Under the pieces are notes generated by a model. That model was given only the letters and a program-made list of their open reading frames with translations. It ran no database searches and was not told the DNA's origin. From assembly GCF_006345805.1 (NCBI RefSeq), contig NC_042998.1, forward strand, positions 71,238,001 to 71,302,000: 64,000 nt of DNA. The letters run 5' to 3'. How positions within the stretch are numbered: position 1 is the stretch's first letter; every line of letters starts with the position of its first letter. Shown here in pieces: positions 51,970-64,000 of the stretch. The translations under genes and the position numbers were made by a program. This DNA comes from Octopus sinensis (Eukaryota).

Positions 51970-53540
51970 GTGTATTCATCATTAAAATTTATGTAATGTT
52001 CTGCTGGACCTTTTGGAGTCTTGCATGTACAGCAGGATTGCTATCTGCAGCCTACAGTGTGATAACACCTGTTTTTTTCAACTATCTATTACTTTCCTGA
52101 TGATTCTTACCCTGATAAGGAGGCAAACCTTTTGTAAAAATTCTACTTGGCATTCTATTCCGATTTCTTTTATATTCCTATTGATGCCGTCTGATAATGT
52201 CCCCGAGGACCCAACAATAATTGGCACTATCTTCACTGTCGTCATTTTCCACAGTTGAACTATCACATATTTAAAAGTGTTGTATATGTCTATCTTTTCG
52301 CTTTCCTTCTTGACTATTCGTGTGTCAAAGGGGGTACGTAGCATCAATTATAGAATACATGTTATTCACCTTGTCCACCATTACTAGGCCCTGCCTCTGC
52401 TTTAACTCCTGGTTTGTTTGGATTGGGAAATCCCATGCGAATTTGGAGGTCTCTGTCTCCGCCACTCTCTGCGGTTTGTGCTCATACCATGACCTGCTTC
52501 TCTTTAGACCTTACTTTTCATAAAGCTTCCGGTGTAGCATTTTCGCTACCTCATCGTATTGCCACAACTTATATTGGTTTTGGGTAAGTCAAGTGTATTC
52601 GTTGACGATATGAGAAATTGTTTAGTCAGCACTATTACAGATTCGACACATTGGAGACACTTGCTCATTACTAAGCTTGACACTCCAATTTTTAGCTAAA
52701 GCTTGGTCTTGCGTAACCAGTATTGTGCTGCCGGTCACTTTTTCAATGCTCTCTTCTTCAACCAGTCCTACCTTGTTTTCCATCCACTTCAGTTCTGGCT
52801 ACATGGAACTGATTTTGTTGTACATTATTGCGCGGTGCTTCATCTCCTTGTACCTCTTGTTTAGTTCTTTTCTTTTTCGGCATTTCGATCTGCCCTCATC
52901 TCTAACCGTCCCTAGCACTGTTTCCTAACTTTAGGCTAGATACCTAAAGTGTATCCAAAGTTCGATATGTACGCAGTCTTCCACACTTACCTGTCCCTTC
53001 CTCCATGTGCTCTCTTCATATATCGGCGATCAATGTCTGCACGTGGATGATGGGCTTCATGCAGCATTAGGAGCTTTCTTGTCTTTCTGTTTAACTCCTT
53101 CAGTTCATCTCTTCCCGTCACCATTCCTGCGCCATATTCAATCACTGTGACTGCGAGCGAGTTTATGGACGACATTGTGTTTCTGGCATTCAACTTTAAA
53201 TTCAATATTTTTCTCCCCTGCCACAGATACTCTTTCGTTGTCTTTTCTTTCATGTCATTATACTGAATTCCATCAGCCTCCAATATTGGCAGTTATTTAT
53301 ACCAAGATTCAGGTTCAACTGTGTTAATCATTTCCCAACTTATCATATATATATCATTCCTCGTCTAATCACCTTTAAAGCACATTTCGAAAGTTCAGAT
53401 TCTATCTTGGTATCTTTTGACAAAATCTTTACAGACTGGTCTAGATTGTCCAGTTATGTTTCACTTTTTTGTGAACAACTTCAAACCATCCATGAATAGC
53501 GGGTGATTACGCTTCGACTCTCCAAAATTAGGAAGGATTA
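51970..53540 (-). mobile_element. Degenerate RLE LINE (RT C-half to RLE, internal deletion)
   Basis: NHPLFMDGLKLF, KLNARNTMSSINSLAV, RKTRKLLMLHEAHHPRADIDRRY, VKIVPIIVGSSG and LQKVCLL...IIRKVIDS* (52078). Confidence 0.88.
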
Positions 53541-54904
53541 TTGCTGCTTATTGCTGTTGGTGTTATTATTATTTCATATCTCTATCAAATCTTTTACGAT
53601 TCTCACTCCATCGTATCCGGATATTACGAGAACGTTTGTGGATGTAAATCTATTATGCTGATATGCACACAATGACTGCCTTTCATTTTGTTGGCAACAT
53701 CTCACCCGTTGTCACCAGTTGACAGTTACAAAAGTTTTGGCGTTACTAGACCTGAAAAACATGTGTCAGTATATCTCATCTTGAATCATGTCCAGAGATC
53801 TTTCGTAAATTTCCAACTCATAAGGGTTACTTATATTTAGTAGTTGATAAGTAAAGAGCAAATGCTGTTATTTCTAGTCTTTGAGAAATTGACTCCTGCT
53901 TGGAAAGTACTTAATTTTGTTGTCTATCATCCTACTGCATCTAAATGTAAATAAATTTGATATTTCAAAGAAAATCATATTGAGGAAAGTGAAAGGAATC
54001 TAGACGTAATTTAAATGCAAGGGACTGAGTTATTCGATATCATGTACCCCAAATACTTGGCATGAACATTATCTAGCGAACCCGGTGAAATAAAATCGAC
54101 TGGATTGGAACGTAGAACGAAATGAACCAGAACAAATCCTGCAAATGTTTTTTTTTTCCACGCTCTAAATATTCTACCTGGGTAAACGACTCTATCAGCA
54201 GTTTCTGACATGTATACATATACCATATCACACTTTTCTCTTCCTGTTTTCCGTAGTTATTATTCAACATAAAATATTAACTTTCGCATTAAAGTTTCTT
54301 CTTTTGTTTATCCTAATTTTTTTCTTACAGATTAATGAAACGCGATAAAAAGTAACACAATAATATAGCTTTTAAATACATTTATATTGCAACCTGCCTT
54401 CATAATATGAGATCTTTGTTTGAAGCTACTTATTATTAGAATTTCGTGTTTATTGTTATTTTCATTTTCAAATTTTATTTCTAACATTTAATATCCTGTG
54501 AGTAAATATCAAATATTTAACCATCTTGCAAGCAATATATATCACACACCCAATGTATGTTTAATAAAGATGCAATGCACTGCCACTTAAGTTATGTAAA
54601 ATTTTACGTTGTATTCTTATCAGAATGAATCATGGATATGATCATGATAAAGATGATCAGCATCAGTAGTAGTAGCATCATAATCGGTATCATATAAACG
54701 ATCGATATCCATATTGCTATCCATATATCACCATTATCAAATATATCAATACCTTATTCACAATCTGTTGCGTCAACAACCTGTCACATAAACATTATCA
54801 TCGTTATTGTCGTTATCGTCGATATCAGCAGCTGCTAGAATGTGAACATCATCATCGACACCATCATCCTCATCGCCATCACTAACACCATGAGGTTTCG
54901 AAGA

Positions 54905-54955
54905 ATAATAACAGTAGCAATAATGATAATGATAATAGTAATAATAATAACAATG

Positions 54956-55013
<58 letters not shown>

Positions 55014-55292
55014 TAATAATGATAATAATAATAATAATAATAATGATAATAATAATAATAATGATAATAATAATGATAATAATGGTATTAATTATAACAG
55101 TAGCAGCGAAACACAACTGCCATCACCTTCATTACCACAACCACCACCACGACCACCAATATCACGACCATTAACAATATCACCATAATCACCACCATCA
55201 CTAGCACCAAAAAGAACAGTAAATATGATGATGACAACGACGACGACAACAACAAAAACAACATTAATAGCAACAACAACAACAACAACAAC

Positions 55293-55331
<39 letters not shown>
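54905..55331. repeat. Compound (AAT)n/(CAC)/(AAC) microsatellite
   Basis: Direct reading. Confidence 0.95.
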
Positions 55332-55332
<1 letters not shown>

Positions 55333-55877
55333 CAGTACCAGGCAGTGGCTCTCATGGCTTCTGATCTTAACTGATTGGAAGTGTTATCATGTACATTGTT
55401 TTGTCTTGGTATAAAAGATGGGCTACAGCAAATATTCTGCTCAATACCACAGATTTGCTTGTCAGTTGTTTGACCTTAACCAGTTGAGCATGTCTCTTAG
55501 TGGCTGACGATATGTGCATCTCTGACCACGAGCAGAAGTAGTGGGGGAGCATCATAGCCATGTGTTGAGAGGGATTCTTTGGGGTTTGAATAGTTCACCT
55601 CTGGAAACATGGGTGGTTCTTTCAACATCCTTAAACAACCCTTATTCAGGGACCGTTTGAGCGGGATGGGCTACTCAACCTGAAGAAAATTCTAACTGGG
55701 CCCCACCTGCAAGGTCATGTGCTGTTTATCTTGATATGAGATCACCATGTCGCGCACATATGGTTGTGATGCATGTGCCTGGTGTACCTTTATCAGACGG
55801 GTAGTCATGATGGGTATATTGGGCTTCGTATATTTTACCCCAGTGTCACTTTGATGGCATGAACTGCTCTCCCACTC
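55332..55877 (+). mobile_element. Family D non-coding interspersed element (546 bp) inside (AAT)n
   Basis: High identity by eye to 45768-46094 (inverted); (AAT)n directly on both sides; no convincing ORF or terminal inverted repeat. Confidence 0.85.
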
Positions 55878-55909
<32 letters not shown>

Positions 55910-55920
55910 TCATAATAATA

Positions 55921-56078
55921 ATTTTTGCTATAGGCATAAGACGTGGATTTTCTAGGGAGAGGGATAGGCGTTCACATCGACCCCGAAAAGATGGAAGGCA
56001 AAGTCGACCTCGGCGTAATTTGAACTCAGAATGTAGCGACGCGCGAAATACCGCAAATCATTTCGCCTGCTATGCTAA
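55921..56078 (-). mobile_element. SINE family B, degenerate
   Basis: Reverse complement of the core: atcgaccccgaaaagatggaaggcaaagtcgacctcggcgtaatttgaactcag. Confidence 0.85.
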
Positions 56079-56130
56079 GATGATGATGACGATGATGATG
56101 ATGATAATAATAATGATAATAACAATAATG

Positions 56131-56525
56131 CCGTAAATACGAATATGAAGCAACTGGTATGTGGATTGGTATGAGCATGTGCCAAGTAAAGTTATGCAGG
56201 AGGATATAAAAGGAACTGGGATTATGATTTTCACACGGATCGTGTAATCGAACACCGTCGGCCTGATATTGTCATATAGAATAAAAGAAACAAATACTGT
56301 CATATCCTTGATGTAGCCATACCAAATGACACGAATGTTGTGAGTAAAGAGGTTGCAAAACCATTCAAGTACTTCGAATTGAAAGTGGAAATGGCAAGAC
56401 TGTATGGAATACGAGAGCGTAATGTAAAATTGATAGCAGTGGTTATAGGAACGTCAGGCTCAATTATATTGAAACTTCAAGACTTCTTTTACAACAGACC
56501 TTTATCTCAGTCCAAGCACTCGTGA
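56131..56525 (+). mobile_element. RLE LINE fragment, same family as 46905-48515
   Basis: WYEHVPSKVMQED...DFHTDRVIEHRRPDIVI...ILDVAIPNDTNVVSKEV...KYFELKVEMARLYG; preceded by (AAT)-like repeats. Confidence 0.87.
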
Positions 56526-58099
56526 AATACTTCAAGTATTACATAGTGGGCCAGATACTGCCCACCAATACATTTTATAAAAAAGTTGGTGAAATTTCTG
56601 AACTGGAAAGGCTGCATAAGGCTCTTTTGGTTATGTGGCTGTGTATCGAGGGCAAAGAGGTTAAGAATTCGTTGCCATTTTAGTATTTCAGAATGATCCG
56701 AGGTTGTGCGCGAGGTAACGAGATCACCTTGTAACGTTACTTCTATATCTAGCGAATGCTTAATTCATCATTTCTGTTTTATACTGTCATATTATTAGTT
56801 GTATCTATTTCTTAAAGTATTTTTTTGCTATTCTCCTTTTGATTTCTCTCACCCATCTCATTTTGCTTGCCTCCGTACATTATTTATTTATTTATATTTT
56901 ATACTGCACACTTATTCATACCAACAAATCTGTTATGAATCTTTACTGCTTGAATAATAGAAACCAGATATTTTTCACTTAACATGTGTAGCGTATAACA
57001 AGATTATTTTCTATCTTTTCCTTCGCAAGCTAATTAGTAGGTTCAAGTTTTTTCAATATCGTTGACAAAACACACACACACTCACACACACACACACATA
57101 CACATACCCAAACTCACAAACACCACGCACACATACACAAACTCACAAACACCACACACACACTCGCGCGCGCAAACATGCACCCTACTGAAGAGAAAGT
57201 AACAATCCGATGGTGTTCAAGTATTCAAGCTTAAAAATTTCACAGGACAGTTATACACAATAATTTCTTGAGTGTTTAGGTAAGAGACCTCATACATTGA
57301 AGGCAAAGAAGTCAAATAGTATTATTATAGCACGATAAAGAAAACGATACAGCTGGTAATTATAGGCCTATTACGTGCTTTCCATTGGTTTGGAAATTTC
57401 TAGCTGGTCTCATAGCAAATGGATTGTGAGGAAGCAGAAATTGCCGCAATAAGAACGAAACATGCAGAAAAATGATTGGATGGACTAAAATAAATCATAC
57501 GATATTGAAGCTCAGTATATATCTTTCGAATGCCTGGGTTGTGATTAACGTATACGATACGTTTCATTCTTAATAACAGAAATCTTTCACGTTGTATAAG
57601 GTCTACTATATTTCCTGGAGTTGAATGTTTTACATTAGGTGCATCTTTTGCTTCTGTTTATTGCAATGAAGGATTTCTGTTTTTATTCCTGGTTCAAAAT
57701 CACCTTAGTATATGTTATAACAGGGGTAGTATTAGTAATTCCAACAACCATAAACGAACAAAATATTTTCAGACAATTCTAATGAATTATAAAATCAAAT
57801 GTATAAGAAAAGAAACAAAGAAAACCCAAACATTATAGGTGAGACTCAGATAAAAGTAAAAAGAACGGAAAAATATATATCAAAATACATTAAAAAAACG
57901 ATAATTTCAGTCGGGGAGGGAAAACTGAATAGTCAATAATAGACTATAAAAAAATCAATGATAATAACAATTGTGTTCGTGGACCAAATTGAACGAATCG
58001 CCTTGATCCACTTTTAGTAAAAGTAGAGAATAACGAAATGCGTCTTAAATAAATTATTGCGACTACTTGGCTGCGGGGAGGGGGGGTTAATTAAAGACT

Positions 58100-58760
58100 G
58101 GGTTGAGGAGAAATGCAGCATGCCTCTATTTCTAAATCGGAAGGCAGTCTTTACACCCTGGGAGGAGAACTTGGAAGAATCGCTGATGGTAGTGTGTCAG
58201 GTTGCTGTTCATTGCTTGGTGCAAGTAATATATGAGCGATGTCTGAGTTTAATACCAGAAATTAGACAAGTGGGCGGGACAACCGTCGCTCTGTAATCCC
58301 AACATAGTCATGTATGACCCCGTACAGATGTCTCATGAATAACAAAATCAGGGACAGTGTTATTTGCACGAATGCTGACATTTAGCTTGTCGTCATCTGT
58401 GACAATCAGCAGGGATGGTCATGAATCCACCTACACCTGCACGAAGTTGTAATCTAGTGACAGTAGCACGGATTTGCATTTTCTAGTGAAACTTGATTAT
58501 CCAAGACCTGTGAATTGTTATGGAAGCAGAATGAAATTCAGAAGGAAATCCAGCCGGAGTATGGTGTCACTTACTAGAAGTACCCAGCTGCTGCATGTAG
58601 TGGAAGCAAATGTCACATGGGCAGTGCCTTCTGATTAGAAGAAAAGTATAACATAAAAAGGTGCAGCCACTAGCTGAAGCAGCAAGAGCAGCACCAATAA
58701 CTCTAGGTCTTAAATGTAAAGCGCATGGCTCCCGCCAACTCAATTTCTATGTCGGACGCA
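58100..58760 (+). mobile_element. Possible very old HERO-like RLE remnant
   Basis: Only scattered weak motifs: SLHPGRRTWKN (like QGRYTWRHN) and KKVQPLAEAARAA..LGLK (like SEAAEKA.RWLWLK). Confidence 0.3.
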
Positions 58761-60703
58761 TCTTCTTGTATAACCTGAATGGACGTCAGCAACATCAAGG
58801 ATTTTGAAATGGTATGCAGTAGATGTGGACGGCAGAAAGGAGATAATGTGCAGTGTACACTAAGAAAGAAACTGAAAATAAAAGTAAACGAAAAAAGCGA
58901 TATATATAAAAGGAGGTGCCAGAAAAAAATGTAAGCGGGAGTCTATGCCAAACATTGCAGTGTACACGAGCTATATACTAAGTTAAGGGCAAACACTACT
59001 ATATTCGGTTTAATGTTGCCTCGAAAAGATGTTGACCAAAATGTTCTGATTAAGATTGAGTGGGACGAGTACGTGATCCTCTAGATGGGAAGATAACGCC
59101 AAAGATCCGTCAACAGACCCTATAATCACACAGCGTCTGTATAGCCCATTAAGTTTTAAACATACAATTTAAATGGCCGCTTCTGCAGTGCTAGACTGCA
59201 GAAAGCGACGGCAATACAGTGATGTCTTGGATGCGGGATTCTTGGAATTGCGTAAGGCTTTGAAGCTACTTGCATTTATTTTGTATACAAAATGTTTAAA
59301 TTATCTTCATATATTGCCTTATATTTTGTTCTACTGAATGTATCTGAATTCAATTCCAATGCTGGTCAAACTTTTATACTTTTATACTTCCAGTTCCTAA
59401 TATATAAATTACCACTAAAATGCAGAATGGATAAAATTGGCTATTGCCCTCCTCCAAATCTTTAGCTTTAATCATTGCTTTATTTTCCACATTTCATTTT
59501 CGCCTGGTGAGTCAATACAGTAGGCATCTATTGTTTAACATGATATAATATTTCTTTACATTATTGTAAGTTAAAAATACGTTATTTAATCTGTTATGAT
59601 TCCATCGAAGAAGCGGAGAATGGATTTATTGTCATATATAGTCACTATTTAGAAGAAATTTCGTTATTTGAAATTTATGTCTTCTTTCATAGCAAAATTT
59701 TATTTCAGATTAGCTGCATTTGTAATGATGGAATATGATCACCGTATTAGTATTAGCCAATGGGCTTCTTCGGTTGATAAGGAGAAAAAATGTTTAGCGT
59801 AATGCGAACACTATCAGTTCTGCAATAGTATTTGCATCATTGTTAACAGCGCCGTTAACAATAACACATGAATAATAATATCAGTATCGAAAATTTAAGC
59901 TGTAAAAAATCGGAACACAACAAAACAAATATTTTTATAGTAGACGGCTAAAACACAAAGAATTGGCAAAAAACAGAACTGAGTGTTAGGTTTAATCCTT
60001 ACTGCGGTTTAATACCACCATTTGGCCGCTTGTTGTTTTAACGTATACACTATGCTGCAATCCTTTGAGAATGGTATCAACTTTGAGATATCTTCCTTTC
60101 CCCCTCCCTCTAATCGCAGGTGTCATGTAAAGAGTTGTAGATATAGCATTCTTTCCTGAGTAAGAATAATGATATCAGACCAATAGCCAAAAAATATTTT
60201 TAAATCCTGTTGACTGAAATTACATAAAGTGAAGTAAAGAAATATTCATCATACGTAGTCTGTGCCACTTATATCTGTATAGCTTGTCAAGTTTATCGAA
60301 AGAAACAGAATAGGCTTATCCATGTAGCAAAGGGCTGAATGCTGTATAATATGCATTTCCGAAACAAACCTGTTGTTGAGTATGTTGTTTCGAAGAGTTT
60401 AACGACAAGCGGGGAGAAGTGCAAAGACAAGTAATCTCTTAGGATATTTGCCTTCTGGTAGACAAGACTTAGTTTTCATAATTTCCATCTTCATATATTC
60501 CTTTGCCACTATCTATACATTTAATGTGCCTACGTGTTATTGGGGGCGACATAGCTTGAAATTATGGCTAAATTTGACAGTTTATATTAAAGGAAAATAA
60601 TACAGTATACTATTCAAAATTTGAAATATCAACTAGATTATGAATGGAACGTAATAATTTACTCAAATAACTCCCATCAGTTTACCTTATAACCCAAATT
60701 TAT

Positions 60704-60817
60704 CGGGATCGATAAATTAAGTACCAGTTACGCACTGGGGTCGATGTAATCGACTTAATCCCGTTTTCTGTACTTGTTTGTCCCCTCTATGTTTAGCCCC
60801 TTGTGGGCAATAAAGAA
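60704..60817 (+). mobile_element. SINE family B, 3' part
   Basis: gataaattaagtaccagttacgcactggggtcgatgtaatcgacttaatc...cccttgtgggcaataaagaaa. Confidence 0.9.
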
Positions 60818-61479
60818 AAAGAAACTTTGCCACACTGAGAAACAACTTGCTCGTTTTACAGTATTCAGGTGTCGCCTTGTACATCAGTAATTGTTTAATC
60901 CACCAAGATGGAATTGCAATATTCTTTCTGATTACTTCAAATTAATTTCTTTTCTTACCGTGGTGGTTTTATAGATAAGAAAGCATTCATCTTCATTAAT
61001 ACCGTAGCAAGCAATGATCAGAAATAAGCGAACTTGCGTCAGGATTAATTTGATTTTTGCTTCTATCAGTAAATGACTGCATATTTTTGCTGGGACATCA
61101 TGCCTATAGGTTAAATATTTAAAGCAGAAGTCTTCAGCTGTATAATTTACTGTATGCGTGGTAAGCAGATATACAGTATCGATAGGATAATGGGCATTCT
61201 TCCTTCTAATATTCAGTTACATTCTCTAAGCTTCTGATCCGAAAATCACAGAGATTGGCTGTGATATTTATATTTCAGGATCGACAAAAATATGCAATAG
61301 GTAAATATTTGATTTTATATAATTTCATTTTAACGTCTCTCAAATTTGTGTGATATTATGTCTATACCCATGGGTCATTATGGGAATGTATTGTAAAATA
61401 TATAATGAAGTATTATAAAAGATTTTCATGGCGGTAATTGCCTAAGAATCTCAATGTTATACATAATTCTAAATACGGA

Positions 61480-61480
61480 G

Positions 61481-61551
<71 letters not shown>

Positions 61552-61555
61552 CTTT

Positions 61556-61590
<35 letters not shown>

Positions 61591-61606
61591 TTCTCTCTCT
61601 TTATAT

Positions 61607-61637
<31 letters not shown>

Positions 61638-61650
61638 GCATGTATGTATC
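61480..61650. repeat. (TA)n(TC)n microsatellite
   Basis: Direct reading. Confidence 0.95.
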
Positions 61651-62004
61651 TATATATATATCAAATAATTTAATCATCGCAAAATTGCTATCCTCTTAGA
61701 ATGCAAAAAATATAATTTATGAAAAGAGAAAATGCGTTAGACGATAAGATCTAATTTTATTAGAAAAGCAAATTTTCATGATAAATCATACGAAAGCAGC
61801 GACAATTATATGCCGGGAAAGGCTGATGTCAAATATAAAACTATTAGCTATTAATTTTGTTTATGAATAATTATATACCACCAATAACCAGATAATCATA
61901 AAATCTATATTTGCTGACGCAATCCTACCTTCAAAAGTCAGTTCATACAAAAGCTATTATAAATATTAATGGTAATTAGTATGATGATGGGTACTGATAG
62001 TGGT

Positions 62005-62020
62005 ATTAATAATAATAATG

Positions 62021-62081
<61 letters not shown>

Positions 62082-62097
62082 TAATAATAATAATAAT
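62005..62097. repeat. (AAT)n microsatellite
   Basis: Direct reading; abuts the 3' end of a minus-strand SINE B. Confidence 0.96.
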
Positions 62098-62447
62098 AGT
62101 TTCAAATTTTTTCACAAGGGCAGCAGTTTTTAAGGCAGGGCTTAATTAATTACTTTACATCGACCGTAGTACTTAACTGGTACTTTATTTTATTGAAAGG
62201 TGAAATTATTCTCGGCGGAATTTAAACGCCGAATGTCTATGACGGGAAAAATGCCACAATGAATTTTGTCCGACGCACTAAAAATCCTGCCAACTCTGCC
62301 TTAATAATTCTTACCACTATAGGTACAAAGACTGAAATTTTGAGCGGTGAGTTTTAGTGGAGTACATCGAGCGCCGTCCTTAACTGGGAGTTATTTTATT
62401 GATCCAGAAATGTTGAAAAGTAAAGTGAACCTCGGTGAAAATTGAGG
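62098..62447 (-). mobile_element. Two tandem, diverged SINE family B copies (about 62098-62300 and 62301-62447)
   Basis: acatcga...ttaactgg...ttattttattga...ctcgg.g.aa.tt occurs twice; head remnant cctgccaactctgcctt. Confidence 0.65.
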
Positions 62448-62890
62448 AAGGAAAATCCTCCTAGTAACAGACCTGATATAGAGAACTATATATTAGCTAA
62501 TGTTAGCAGAAACATGATTAATAATAAGCATCTGGTTGGCATGGATAGCCATCAGAGGCAAATATACGTTCTGCTAAAAACCCATTCGAATAGGAATGCA
62601 AATTATGATGCAAAACTCCCTTCCAATATGGAAGTAGAACTTTGTAGGAGAAATCACCAAACCGAGATATTCGATAAAATTGTCCCTATAGATGAAATTG
62701 ATTAATGAAAACATGGAAAAAGACACGGAATTTGATTATATCGAAAAAAAAATTCCGTCAGAGTGGGTGAAGGTTAAACATACCGGCTGAGATGTCGCAA
62801 TAATTATTCTAAGATTTGCAACACAAATCCATATAGTAGAATAGTAGGTTGGTTATATATAGTTATAATATCCATCATTAAGGAGAAAAA

Positions 62891-62965
62891 AATATCTCAC
62901 TTTATAAATAATATCTCACTTTATAAATAATATCTCACTTTATAAATAATATCTCACTGTATAAT
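62891..62965. repeat. 19-bp minisatellite, about 3.8 copies
   Basis: Unit aatatctcactttataaat starts at 62891, 62910, 62929 and 62948. Confidence 0.92.
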
Positions 62966-63744
62966 CTACTGTAAGCTGCAGCTTCTTTGTTACCAATTCT
63001 CGTTTGCATGACTCTCATTCCCATAAATAAACTGTTAAATGACAAGGGGTTTGGATACAGGATACACGAGATATCGATTGATCATCTCCTTTGCTTTGAA
63101 GTTCAAAAGCTTTGTTTTTGAAAGGCGATCAACAACTGAAACGGCGTTTAACTTTACTAAGACAATTTAGTAGGGATACTGAAATGGAGATCGGCCTTTG
63201 TAAATGTTCTAAAGTTACATTCTTTAAAGAAAAAACGGTTGAAAACCTACACGGTACAGCTTTACAAAATTACGGCAATCAAAAGATTTGATCCTGAGGA
63301 AAACTACAAATGTAGTTTTCCTCCAGATTAAATTCTTGGGTGAGTGAGAAGGGATGGCATATATGACTCACATATGTACGAGAATATACGGAAATCATAC
63401 TATGAAAGACTAATCTATAAATCGACCTTAATGCAAGAAACAGGATTGATATTGGTTGTGGTCTACAACTCTAACATAGTACAATGGTGAAATTGCTCCG
63501 CCAACTTCCCTTAACTGGTAAGGCAAGGCAGTTTTCATCATACTGTTGACCATGGTGAAAGAATGTGTGTGGTGGACTCGATCGAAAGGTTTAGAGACAA
63601 ACACTTTCCTATATGGCCAATCATTCATCAACTTTTTCAAGAACCACTTGAAAAGAAAGGTGAGAATAGAAAGGCAAGTTTTGTCTCATGAATGAGATGG
63701 TACGCACGCATGACGAAACCACTTTGAGCATGATCTTGTAAATC

Positions 63745-63746
63745 CA

Positions 63747-63788
<42 letters not shown>
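63745..63788. repeat. (GA)n microsatellite
   Basis: Direct reading. Confidence 0.96.
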
Positions 63789-63789
<1 letters not shown>

Positions 63790-64000
63790 ATTTTGCTCTC
63801 ATGTGTATTTTCCCTCCCTACCTGAGGTTACTGTGGTTTTTTGTGGGCTTTTCTCTCCATGGATAAACCTAATCTGATTTTTTACATTTTTGTTCTGTTC
63901 TGTGATACGCAGTCCCTTTTGATCGGAATTTTTCTTCCCTTTTTTGTATTTCTTTCCTTTTTCTTTGGAAAAGAAAAGCTCTACATTGTATTTTGTCTCC

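Noticed and set aside
56590-56680. Possible AAEKASFWLWL-like end of a HERO element
   Set aside because: Needs several frameshifts to read; too short and degenerate.
62442-62705. 87-aa non-repetitive ORF
   Set aside because: No ATG start (alternative start codon), no recognised domain and no convincing splice sites.
62891-62965. Regular short repeats resembling a CRISPR array; also the 184-bp units at 50771-51300
   Set aside because: No unique spacers, no cas genes and a eukaryotic context; these are a minisatellite and a SINE multimer.
63428-63660. VFVSKPFDRVHH on the minus strand, similar to the RT motif SKAFDRV
   Set aside because: Possibly an old LINE scrap, but one weak motif is too little to annotate.

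Overview
AT-rich animal genomic DNA with very dense (TA)n, (TATG)n and (AAT)n microsatellites. From recalled SINE and LINE families I infer a cephalopod, most likely Octopus; this needs a BLAST check. I found no intact host protein-coding gene, rRNA, true tRNA gene or CRISPR array, so the window looks like a gene desert or a very large intron, and most listed ORFs are microsatellite artefacts. Supported content: an actin pseudogene fragment (224-822); a stack of non-autonomous Helitron ends; an internally deleted Gypsy retrotransposon; two degenerate RTE LINEs; two DD37D/maT transposase remnants; a young, GC-rich CR1-type LINE with about 2.4 kb of open reading frame; at least nine restriction-like-endonuclease (RLE) LINE fragments between 28 and 57 kb, several inside (AAT)n arrays; and many copies of 3-4 tRNA-derived SINE families. 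Best leads: (1) an inverted pair of ~250-bp repeats each ending in a minimal type-I hammerhead-ribozyme-like motif of the Penelope kind; (2) the compositionally foreign CR1 element as a horizontal-transfer candidate; (3) a nest of (TAA)n-targeting R4/Dong-like LINEs with a ~546-bp ORF-less element that follows the same targeting rule; (4) a SINE amplified internally into exact 184-bp tandem units. I see no evidence for a wholly new multi-gene system.
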